A stretch of DNA of 64,000 nt from an uncultured bacterium (GTDB lineage: Bacteria; Actinomycetota; Acidimicrobiia; Spongiisociales; UBA5794), in NCBI GenBank assembly GCA_963801165.1, contig CAWDDT010000006.1:576001-640000 (forward strand). The letters are read 5' to 3'. Positions 55,773 to 64,000 of the stretch are shown here, piece by piece. The position numbers and the translations under genes are program-made. The notes under the pieces were generated by a model. The model was not told the origin of the DNA. It saw only the letters and a list, made by a program, of their open reading frames with translations, and made no database searches. Positions within the stretch are counted from its first letter, which is position 1. Every line of letters starts with the position of its first letter.

Positions 55773-58700
55773 TCACACCTTCTCAACACGAACCTTCGTG
55801 TCGTAGAAGCTGGCGCTGCCCCCGATCGGGTCGGTGAGGCACACGTCACCGAGGACCGGATCGATGCGCATGGCCGGGTTCGGCACGGTGCCTGAAGCTC
55901 GCTCAGGATCTCCCTTCACGCGTTGGCCATCGATGACGACATCGTTGGACCCGTAGGCCCAATGGCCACGCCAGGACAAACCGATTGTTCCCGGGCGCAT
56001 TCCCTCCATGACCTTCACCTCGGCGACCACGTTGTACGTGCGCCCGTCACCGAGGTCGAATGCTCCGGTCGGGAGAGTGGCCGACACGATACGTGCCGAG
56101 TCGCCCGACTTGATGCCGCGGGCGTCGGCATCCCTGCTATTCATTTGCAAGTAGTTCTTGGGGGCCACTGCCTTCTGCAGCCAATCGGATCCACGGCTGC
56201 GGCTCTGTCCTTCCCAGATCTCCTTGAAAGTGATGAGGCTGAGGTCGAAGTCGCCATCGTCGATCTCGTTGCCTGCGACGTCCTTGACCTGCTGCCACAT
56301 CGGCAAGCCGTCGAACTGCTCGCCGGTCATCGAGTCCTTGACTTTGGCGACGTTCTCCACGAAGAGGTTCCAACGGCTGTTCCACTGATGGGCCAACCAC
56401 TCATTGTCTTTGTAGAGCTTGTCGCTCGGCTCGAAACGGCCACCGCGGTTGAGGAGGTAGACGACGCTCGGCCAGAGGCTGTCCGGCACCGCTCGTTTCC
56501 ACACCTCCTCGTCGAAAACAGCCTTCGGCAGATGCCTGCGAGCTTCTTGGAAGATGCGCAGTTCCTCCGCGTCCGCTGGCGGAAGGGTCTCTGAACCGTC
56601 TTCCTTGTCGCCGAACGCGAGGTTCGAAACCATCGCGAGAAAGTACTGTTCCGGTCGGTCGAAGGGATACCCTTCGCCCAATCCGTCCGTGCCGAATCCC
56701 GCCAAGCCGAGTTTCTTGCCGACGGCGATGAGGAACGCCTCGAACGAGATCGGAATCTGCTCGCCCTCAACGTCGACGATCTCGGTCAGCGGCGCCATGG
56801 TTGGCTGCCGCACCTTGCTGATCTTCGTTTCGGTCGCCGGTGACGTGTGGGGGGTTCCCCACCTTTCCATGTAAGTGAGATCCGGAAGGATGTAGTCAGC
56901 GTACATGGACGTTTCGCCGATCACGATGTCGCAGGCGACGAAGAGCGGGATCTTGGTTGGATCCTTGAGCGCCGGGATCTGCGCATGTCCCGCAGGAGAC
57001 GCCAATGCAACGGTGCCCATGTTCGAGAAGAGGAACTTCGCCTGATATGGATAGCCAGCAGCGGCGCTTGGAATGACATGCTGATAAACGTCATTGGTGA
57101 ACGGATACCACGGGCGCTTGGCGGGGAATCCCTCGAACAGGGTCGACTTGTCGTACTGTGCCTCCTGTCGGTTGATGTGGATGCCCCACTTCTTCAAGCC
57201 GCCTGGTGCCGCAGCAACGACGCTCTTCGGGAACGGCGCCCCGGTTTTGGACCCGTCTTCGTGCCAACCACCGCCGCCTGCAGTCAGTCCACCGCGGTGG
57301 TTGACGTTTCCGATCAACACGTTGAGGGTGATGATCGCCTGGCCGTTGTGGTAACCGTTGGTGTGCTGCACCGGGCCGCGATACATGTCTGTCGCCGCTC
57401 GCTTCCCGTGGCTGGTGAACTCGTCAGCCAGTTCCACGATCTCGCTCTCGCGGAGGCCGCTGATGTCGGCGTACTCGGCAAGGGTTCGCTCGTTGGCCCG
57501 GTCGCCGAGCAACTGGAAGGCCGGCTTCACGGGTATACCGTTCACGGTGAACTCGCCGAGCAGGTTGCCTGCCGTAGCGTTGTCCGCCGCCACCGGACCG
57601 GCATCGGTCATGACGACGCGGCCGCCGGTGATCGGGTTGCCATCGGAGTCCTGCGCCGGTTCGACGCCTGCATCCTCGGCCGTGAGGAACACCATCTCGT
57701 CGAGACGCACCAGATGCGTAGCGTCGGTGTAGCTCGCCTCCCCGTTGTCCTCCGCTGCAGTCATGCTCGGTGCCGAGAGGTACGAGGTGTCGTAGCGGCC
57801 GTTCTCGATGATCCACCGGATCATCCCCAACGCGAGGGCGCCGTCGCCTCCCGGGCTGACCGGCACCCATCTCCACGCCTTCGCCGCCGTCTTCGAAAGT
57901 CTTGGATCAACAACGGCGTACTTGAACCGGTTCCTGATCAACGAGTCGGTGACCTGTTCAGCCATCGGCGTCGGTCCGAAGTTCGATTCGAACGCGCCGG
58001 TGCCGAAGAAGATCACGAACTCCGCCGAGAGCAGGTCGGGCTTCATGTGATCCTTGTCACCAGTCATCTGCTTGAAAGCGATGTGGTGGCTCTGCTCACA
58101 GATTGTTGTGTGCAGATAGAAGTTCACCGATCCCATACCGTCGTAGGTGAACCGATTCATCAGCTCCTTGCGACCGTGTTCGACACGGCCGCCCAGGAAC
58201 ACGAATTGGTTGTTCACCGGTCCAAGGTCCGGATGGTCGGGGTCGATGAGCACATCGAGATGATCGGCGTTCTTGGCTTTGAACTCATCGACAGTCATCT
58301 CGCCGGCGACGACGGCGTCGGTGTCCGTGGCCAGTTCGCTTGCCAGGTCAGGATCGCGCAGCTTGTAGATGTCCTTCAAGCCGTCGACGTGACCCTCACC
58401 GAACAGGTCACCACCGTTGACGACCTGGTCGATGAACTGGTCCCACGAGATTGCCTGCCATTCGCCCTGGCCGCGCGGGCCGACCCGCTTGAGGACTTTG
58501 CGGATCCGGTAGGGGTCGTAGGCGATCTGGACGGACGACTGACCTTTGGGACAGATCTTCGCGTCGTCCTTTGCCGCTTCGGCCAGCGGGGTGCTCTCCG
58601 CCAGATTCGGGAGCAGGTTCATGGGACTGTATGGGTTCCCGTCGACCTTCACCAGCACACCGTCTTGGATCTTCGCCTTCATGGTGCATGCCGTGTGGCA

Positions 58701-58940
58701 GCTGAGACAGACGCTGTAGATCGTGTTCTCCGGGTTGTTCAGCGGGTACGGTACGTCGGCGTTGGCCACGACCGGCTCGGCGATGTTTCCTGTGATCCGT
58801 GCCAGCGCCGGCAGCGATCCGGCCATGGCGAGGGCACCACCGACCATGACTCCGGTCTTGACGAAGTCTCTACGCGTAACCGCAAAACAGTCCTCGAAAG
58901 CTTCGACAGTTCCGGACTTGTCGATGTTCTCGATGGCCAC
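55773..58940 (-). CDS. Tat-exported molybdopterin oxidoreductase catalytic subunit, TtrA/SrdA-like
   Basis: TRRDFVK Tat motif; CLSCHTAC...ICPKG FS0 cluster; YDPYRI..VLKR.G.RG.G.W; HTTICEQ; ADYILPD..YMERWG; DPIGGSASFYDTKV. Confidence 0.85.
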   Translation of the reverse strand: MAIENIDKSGTVEAFEDCFAVTRRDFVKTGVMVGGALAMAGSLPALARITGNIAEPVVANADVPYPLNNPENTIYSVCLSCHTACTMKAKIQDGVLVKVDGNPYSPMNLLPNLAESTPLAEAAKDDAKICPKGQSSVQIAYDPYRIRKVLKRVGPRGQGEWQAISWDQFIDQVVNGGDLFGEGHVDGLKDIYKLRDPDLASELATDTDAVVAGEMTVDEFKAKNADHLDVLIDPDHPDLGPVNNQFVFLGGRVEHGRKELMNRFTYDGMGSVNFYLHTTICEQSHHIAFKQMTGDKDHMKPDLLSAEFVIFFGTGAFESNFGPTPMAEQVTDSLIRNRFKYAVVDPRLSKTAAKAWRWVPVSPGGDGALALGMIRWIIENGRYDTSYLSAPSMTAAEDNGEASYTDATHLVRLDEMVFLTAEDAGVEPAQDSDGNPITGGRVVMTDAGPVAADNATAGNLLGEFTVNGIPVKPAFQLLGDRANERTLAEYADISGLRESEIVELADEFTSHGKRAATDMYRGPVQHTNGYHNGQAIITLNVLIGNVNHRGGLTAGGGGWHEDGSKTGAPFPKSVVAAAPGGLKKWGIHINRQEAQYDKSTLFEGFPAKRPWYPFTNDVYQHVIPSAAAGYPYQAKFLFSNMGTVALASPAGHAQIPALKDPTKIPLFVACDIVIGETSMYADYILPDLTYMERWGTPHTSPATETKISKVRQPTMAPLTEIVDVEGEQIPISFEAFLIAVGKKLGLAGFGTDGLGEGYPFDRPEQYFLAMVSNLAFGDKEDGSETLPPADAEELRIFQEARRHLPKAVFDEEVWKRAVPDSLWPSVVYLLNRGGRFEPSDKLYKDNEWLAHQWNSRWNLFVENVAKVKDSMTGEQFDGLPMWQQVKDVAGNEIDDGDFDLSLITFKEIWEGQSRSRGSDWLQKAVAPKNYLQMNSRDADARGIKSGDSARIVSATLPTGAFDLGDGRTYNVVAEVKVMEGMRPGTIGLSWRGHWAYGSNDVVIDGQRVKGDPERASGTVPNPAMRIDPVLGDVCLTDPIGGSASFYDTKVRVEKV

Positions 58941-60173
58941 TCAGACCACCTCCTTGCTGCGAACGATGGGTAGGAGCTGATAGCCGGCGAGGAACACCAG
59001 CCCGGCAAGCGAGACAACCCAGACAAACACGAGCCATTCGCCGACGCTGGGGAAGTAATCGAAGGACAGCCCCGGTCCTCCGAATGCCCCCTTGAGGCCC
59101 TGCAGCTCCTCGACATCGAGTCCCGGCAGGACGATGTTCAGCCGCACTGCCAGGAAGGTCGCGGCGACAAGAGCGCCGGCCCAGCCGAGCGCAGGGATCG
59201 AGCGGCTGCGGAAGACGAGAAGTGCGAGTGGAACGATGATTCCCAGAATGACATGGACGATCCAGAAGGCCCACCAGTAGGGACCGAACATGACCAGGCG
59301 AATGCCCTCTGTGACAGTCGGCACCGACGAGATCAGGCCGGTGGAGTACTCGGCCCACTCGAGCAGCACGTCCAGCGCGAGCATCCCGAGCACGATTTGC
59401 CCGAGGAAGATCACCGTTTGGCTATGAGCCGGGGTACCTCGTTCTGGGCCCCAGATGGCCGTCAGGAACGTCAGGAGCGCGCCGCCTGAAACGAGCGCGC
59501 CGACGAGGAACACAATTGGGGTGAGGCCTCCGTGCCAGAAGGGCCGAGCACCGATTACTCCGAAGAGCGCACCGACGCCCCCGTGGAACGCAACGGCGAG
59601 CGGCACCCCGATCGCACCGAGCACCCGAAGGACCCGGTAGTCAGAGGCGACGGCCTCCGGCGATCGGTCCTTGCGGCCGAAAGTAAGAAAGTTGCACAGC
59701 CTTCCCCGGAAGCCCGGATCATCGGCACAGACCGCCATGTCCGCCCGCATGGCAAACCAGAGCTCGGCGAGGAGCAGCACGAAGTAGCTCGAGTAGAGCC
59801 ACGCCATCCACCCCATCATCGACGTGAAATGGGTGTGCGTGATCAATCGATAGGCTCGGAACGGATGCCCGAGATCGAACCAGATCAGCAACATTGCCCC
59901 GAACAGCGTGACAAGCGCTGTGAATAGGGCCATCTTGCCGATTTTCGCGAGCCGCTGCACCTTGAACACGTACACAAGGGTCGACAGGAGGAACGCACCA
60001 GCCGACAGGCCGATCAGGTAGATGTATGCAGCCACCCACAGACCCCACGGAACGTAGCTTCCGTAGTTGGCCATTTGGTGGCCCATAGTGATGCGCTCTA
60101 CGACACCGAAGATTCCGACGAGGAATCCGATCGTCGCGATCGCCCAGGCGATGGTCTTGGACGTCTTGGTCAT
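58941..60173 (-). CDS. NrfD/PsrC family membrane anchor subunit
   Basis: VPWGLWV..YIYLIGLSAG, DLGHP.R, S.M.W, RPFW, P...EW; SD GAGGAGG. Confidence 0.92.
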   Translation of the reverse strand: MTKTSKTIAWAIATIGFLVGIFGVVERITMGHQMANYGSYVPWGLWVAAYIYLIGLSAGAFLLSTLVYVFKVQRLAKIGKMALFTALVTLFGAMLLIWFDLGHPFRAYRLITHTHFTSMMGWMAWLYSSYFVLLLAELWFAMRADMAVCADDPGFRGRLCNFLTFGRKDRSPEAVASDYRVLRVLGAIGVPLAVAFHGGVGALFGVIGARPFWHGGLTPIVFLVGALVSGGALLTFLTAIWGPERGTPAHSQTVIFLGQIVLGMLALDVLLEWAEYSTGLISSVPTVTEGIRLVMFGPYWWAFWIVHVILGIIVPLALLVFRSRSIPALGWAGALVAATFLAVRLNIVLPGLDVEELQGLKGAFGGPGLSFDYFPSVGEWLVFVWVVSLAGLVFLAGYQLLPIVRSKEVV

Positions 60174-60187
60174 AGTTGCACCTCCTC

Positions 60188-60907
60188 TCACACCAGGTAG
60201 TAGACCGACGGCTTGGTACCCAGCTCTTCTTTGAGTCGGATGGCATTCGGCAGCGCGGCCATCTCGGCCACGAGCGAGTCCGGGTCGTTGATGTCACCGA
60301 AGTAGTTAGCGGTCCCGATGCAGGTCGTCACGCATGCCGGGAGCAGCCCTTGCTCCAGCCGGTGGAGACAGAACGTGCACTTGCGTGCATTGCCGATCGG
60401 CGAATCGTCGTCTTCCCGGGGCCATTCCTTCCCGTACTCGAAGTTCGGCAGCAGTTCGTAGTCCATCTGCTGCGGGGAGTCCTCGGTGTAGGTGTGACCG
60501 GTATCGAACGTCCGGGCTGAATAGGGACAGGCAGTGATGCAGTAGCGGCACCCGATGCACTGGTTGTAGTCGATCTCGATGATGCCGTCTTCGCGTTGCC
60601 ATGTGGCTTCGACCGGGCACACCGGCACGCAGGGAGGCTCTTCGCACTGGAGACAGGGTCTAGGCATGAACCTTCGAGTCACGTTGGGGAACGTGCCCAA
60701 CTCGGTTTCGAGGACCGGCCGGTAGACAACACCGGGCGGTAGCTTGTTCTCGGCAACGCAGCTCACCGTGCAGGCTTGGCAACCGACGCATTTGCGCAGG
60801 TCGATCACCATTGCCCAGTGGCGCTGGTCGACGGGTTTCTCGAGTGCTCGCTCGATCTCGTGCCGCATCCGAACGAGGGCACTGTCCTGCTTGAGTAGCT
60901 CGGGCAT
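60188..60907 (-). CDS. 4Fe-4S dicluster electron-transfer subunit (TtrB/SrdB-like)
   Basis: [50 protein letters not shown]...PACV.TC. Confidence 0.93.
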   Translation of the reverse strand: MPELLKQDSALVRMRHEIERALEKPVDQRHWAMVIDLRKCVGCQACTVSCVAENKLPPGVVYRPVLETELGTFPNVTRRFMPRPCLQCEEPPCVPVCPVEATWQREDGIIEIDYNQCIGCRYCITACPYSARTFDTGHTYTEDSPQQMDYELLPNFEYGKEWPREDDDSPIGNARKCTFCLHRLEQGLLPACVTTCIGTANYFGDINDPDSLVAEMAALPNAIRLKEELGTKPSVYYLV

Positions 60908-61045
60908 GCACCGACTCCTCTCGTGGTACCCATCGACATTGGACCGCGGACGGTTCCAGCGCGGTAGCAGGGAAGACCCGGTTTCGTGTCGGGGCGGCCC
61001 CGGCGATTGTCGAGGCAGTGTGTAGGGGAGTTCCCCGACGTCGGG

Positions 61046-61699
61046 TTACTGGAGGACCCCCAGCTCCAGTGCCAGCCGGACGAGCGCAGCCCGGCTGTGG
61101 AGACCGAGCTTGTGCATCATGCGAGCCTTGTACGTTTCAACAGTCTTCACACTCAAGAACAGCATCGCGGCAATCTCGGCGTTGGAATGACCCAACGCGG
61201 TGAGCTTGAAGATCTGCGTCTCGCGTTCGCTCAGCGACTGGTACCGAGTCTTGTCGTTGTCCCCAGGGTGTGATACCTCTAGAGCCTCTTCAAGCAGCAC
61301 CCGTGTGTGGCGAGGGTTCACATACACTCCGCCGTCGTACACGGCCCTAATGGCGATGAGGAGCTCGTCGGGGGCGGACTGTTTCAAAACGAAGCCGGCG
61401 CCGCCGGATTCGAGCACGGTGCGGAGGTAGGCAGAATCGTCATGCATCGTCAGCGCCAGCACCTTGCAGTTGGGGAGCCGCTCCTTGATTATCGGGAGGG
61501 CTTCGAGCCCGCTGCACGTCGGCATGTTGAGATCCATCACCACCACGTCCGGCTCGAGCTCGGCCACGAGCTCCACGCAGACCGCTCCGTCGCCTGCTTC
61601 ACCGACAACTTCGAAGTCCTCTTCCGCGCTGAGGAGTGATCTCAGCCCGGCACGCAGCACGGCGTGATCGTCGGCGATCACGATGCGGATCGGACTCAT
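61046..61699 (-). CDS. NarL/LuxR family response regulator
   Basis: IADDH..LR.GL, VVMDLNMP, LTMH, GFVLK; LSERE.QI..L...G.SN.EIA..LFLSVKTVETY. Confidence 0.95.
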   Translation of the reverse strand: MSPIRIVIADDHAVLRAGLRSLLSAEEDFEVVGEAGDGAVCVELVAELEPDVVVMDLNMPTCSGLEALPIIKERLPNCKVLALTMHDDSAYLRTVLESGGAGFVLKQSAPDELLIAIRAVYDGGVYVNPRHTRVLLEEALEVSHPGDNDKTRYQSLSERETQIFKLTALGHSNAEIAAMLFLSVKTVETYKARMMHKLGLHSRAALVRLALELGVLQ

Positions 61700-63108
61700 G
61701 TCGGCACCTCGATGAAGATCGTCGATCCTTGCCCGCTGCTCTCGAAACGGACCTTGCCGCCGAGGAGCTCGGCCCGCTCGGTCATGCCATGAATCCCGAC
61801 ACTTTGACCCGACTTTCGTACTGCTTCGAAGTCGAACCCGTTTCCGTCGTCTTCGATGATGGCCTGGGTCCATCCGTCGCGCTGGGCAACGACCACGCTG
61901 ATGGTGCTACCGCCGCTATGACGGGCTGCGTTGGTCATGCCTTCCTGGACTATACGATACAGGGTGGTTTCGGCCGCGGGGGAAAGCCTTGTCGTGAAGT
62001 CGAGGTGTGTGTCGACCCTGAACTCGGGATAGAGGCTCTGAAACTCTGCCGCGTAGTGGCGGAGAGCTTCGGCAAGGCCCAGGTCGTCGAGGATGCTCGG
62101 TCTCAGCCCGCGACTCAGCTGCCTGACGGTCTGGAGCGTCTCAGCGGTCACTTCGCGTAGCTCCGATGCCAACTCTTGGGCCTGGCTCCGGTCCTCAACC
62201 TGTCCGAGGGCCGAGATCCCCAGGCTGAGAGAGTTCAGGGCCTGACCGACGCCATCGTGGAGTTCCCGGGCGATCCGCTTTCTCTCCTCCTCCTGGGCAG
62301 TGATGAGCTGTTCGAGAAGCCGGGTACGTGCTGCCTCCTTCTCTGCGATCGTTGCCTGGCTCGCCTCGAGATCCGCGACCATTGTGTTGAACGCTTCGGC
62401 AAGCACGCCGATCTCGTCCTTGGCCCAAAGCTTGGCCCGCGCCCCCAGATCGCCGGATCCGACCTGATTCGTCGTCCCGACCAGGTCGAGGATCGGTCTA
62501 GTCAGAATCCAGGTGAGGAAGATGGCCGCTCCGACTCCGAACAGGGCCACGACCAGGGTTGTCAGCAGCATCTGCCCGGTCACACCATCAATGACATTGT
62601 GCAGCCGGGTCTCGGACATGCCGACGTGCGCGGTACCAGCCTGGGCATCGAAAATCGCCGCGCTGAAGTCATGCATACGTCCGTCCGTGGTGTCATAAAC
62701 CACCCGGTCGTCTGTAGCCGGCAGCGAGAGGAGCCCCGTCGGGAAGCCCTCGTCGCCAAAGCTGTGAGCGATGACCCTGCCGTCGGGATCGACGACGAAT
62801 GCGTAGACGATGTCAGGATGGTTGCCAACGGTCTCGACGAGCAACTGGTGAAGGGCGAACGTGTCGTTGAGCAGGATCGGGTCGACGCTGCGGGCGGCCA
62901 GGTCGCTGACGACCGACGTGCCCCGGCTGTCGAGTTCGTCCAGCAACACAGCGTGCATGACCGTCCGAACCTGCCAGGTGATGCCCAGGCCCAGCACGAT
63001 GGTCAGGGCAAGAACGATACCGAGGATCTTGGTGCGGATGCTGGCCGCCCCCAGCAGCTCCCTGGCTGCTGCCGAATAGGATTCGAAGCGATTACTCGCG
63101 GCGGTCAT
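61696..63108 (-). CDS. HAMP-domain sensor histidine kinase (HisKA_3)
   Basis: Two TM helices, HAMP DEIG.LA..FN.M, QEEERKRIARELHD, LYRIVQE..TNA.RHS, IEDDG.GF, G..GM.ER. Confidence 0.93.
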   Translation of the reverse strand: MTAASNRFESYSAAARELLGAASIRTKILGIVLALTIVLGLGITWQVRTVMHAVLLDELDSRGTSVVSDLAARSVDPILLNDTFALHQLLVETVGNHPDIVYAFVVDPDGRVIAHSFGDEGFPTGLLSLPATDDRVVYDTTDGRMHDFSAAIFDAQAGTAHVGMSETRLHNVIDGVTGQMLLTTLVVALFGVGAAIFLTWILTRPILDLVGTTNQVGSGDLGARAKLWAKDEIGVLAEAFNTMVADLEASQATIAEKEAARTRLLEQLITAQEEERKRIARELHDGVGQALNSLSLGISALGQVEDRSQAQELASELREVTAETLQTVRQLSRGLRPSILDDLGLAEALRHYAAEFQSLYPEFRVDTHLDFTTRLSPAAETTLYRIVQEGMTNAARHSGGSTISVVVAQRDGWTQAIIEDDGNGFDFEAVRKSGQSVGIHGMTERAELLGGKVRFESSGQGSTIFIEVPT

Positions 63109-64000
63109 GGGCTTCGACCTGTGCCATGACTGTCCGCACACCGTCGTAGGCGGGGTCGTCTACCGAGACGAAACCGTCGATCCCGAGACTTCGGAGAACA
63201 TCTCCCGCCTCGGGATCGTCTGCCAGGGACAACAACAGGTTGCGGAGTTCCGCTTCGTAGGCGCGGGTGATGGAAGGAGATACCACAACGGGCGGGATCG
63301 TGAAGGCCGGGGATCGGTCGATGACTCTGATTCTTGACGAAAGCTCCGCGTCGCGGGCGAGCGCGTATTCGAGCACGAGGCTGTCGACACCGGCGCCGTC
63401 GGCAACATGCTCGGCAACCGCCGCGATAGCGCGGTCGTGGCTGTAGGTGAAGAATGTCGCACCGAAGAACGTGCCGGGGTTCTCACCCAATTGCTCAACG
63501 AGATACGTGGGGTACATGCGTCCGGTCGTGCTGATGGGGTCGGTGAAAGCGAACACGCTGCCACGAAGGTCGGCCATCGACTCGGCGGAACTGTCTGCCG
63601 GGACGATGAGCGTGGAGTAGTAGACCGTCGCTCCATCAATCTCAGGAGCTACCAGCAGACGCAGGCCGAAGTCGTCGTGGCCGGCGACGTATGCACTCGT
63701 ACATACGAACCCAACATCGGCCTGTCCGTCTTCGAGGAGATCGTTTATTTCCTGGTACGTGCGGCGTTGGACGATCTCAACCGGGCGGTTCAACTTCGTC
63801 CCCAGGTAGTCGGCAAGCGCTCCGTAGCTCTCGATGTTTGCCTCAGGCGACAGGATGGCTGCGACGGCGATCTCGAGCGGCTTTACCTCGCCGGTGCCTT
63901 CTGCCGGGAGCGGAAGCCGATCGGACAGATCGACAAATGGGACGGGACTCGCCTGGGCGGTCGCACACGCCCCGGTGAGAAGAGCCAGCCCGAGGAGGAG
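63092..64000 (-). CDS. PhnD/AioX-like oxyanion-binding lipoprotein (5' partial)
   Basis: Frame is open to the window edge with lipobox LTGAC; VQRRTYQEIN, GFVCTSAY, YYS.LIV, FAFTDP.S.TG, TYSHD.AI, AGVDSLV, PPVVV. Confidence 0.85.
   Translation of the reverse strand, partial: LLLGLALLTGACATAQASPVPFVDLSDRLPLPAEGTGEVKPLEIAVAAILSPEANIESYGALADYLGTKLNRPVEIVQRRTYQEINDLLEDGQADVGFVCTSAYVAGHDDFGLRLLVAPEIDGATVYYSTLIVPADSSAESMADLRGSVFAFTDPISTTGRMYPTYLVEQLGENPGTFFGATFFTYSHDRAIAAVAEHVADGAGVDSLVLEYALARDAELSSRIRVIDRSPAFTIPPVVVSPSITRAYEAELRNLLLSLADDPEAGDVLRSLGIDGFVSVDDPAYDGVRTVMAQVEAHDRRE

Overview
GC-rich chromosomal segment from an actinobacterium, probably Acidimicrobiia (inferred from WhiB, an F420-dependent oxidoreductase, a Cpa-like AAA ATPase, Nif3/zinc-ribbon genes near rnpB, and GCNPP-type SLH proteins). 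No transposase, integrase, prophage, CRISPR, tRNA or rRNA was seen. Housekeeping content: a his cluster (divergent hisA; yerC/hisR-hisG-D-C-B-H-F-IE), trpD, RNase P RNA, ppk2, msrA, an SOS-box-controlled DEDDh/GIY-YIG nuclease and a LigD-type polymerase. Main points of interest: (1) a selenoprotein hidden from the ORF track, a TlpA-like lipoprotein with W-UGA-P-V-C and a SECIS-like hairpin; (2) next to it, three single-SLH surface proteins with a shared anchor and ADTLDG neck but unrelated C-terminal heads, flanked by Cys- and Sec-thioredoxins; (3) an HTH-PocR regulator with an SQR-DUF1641-TusE-DsrE sulfur-relay operon; (4) a ttr/srd-like BCA molybdoenzyme behind an AioX-like three-component sensor; (5) a 48-bp palindromic REP-like family, two 16-bp tandem repeats, two unannotated small basic ORFs, a probable CTG start, widespread leaderless starts, several gene remnants and a hisG frameshift that makes a false hisG-hisD fusion. 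Family assignments come from motif recognition only; no database searches were run.
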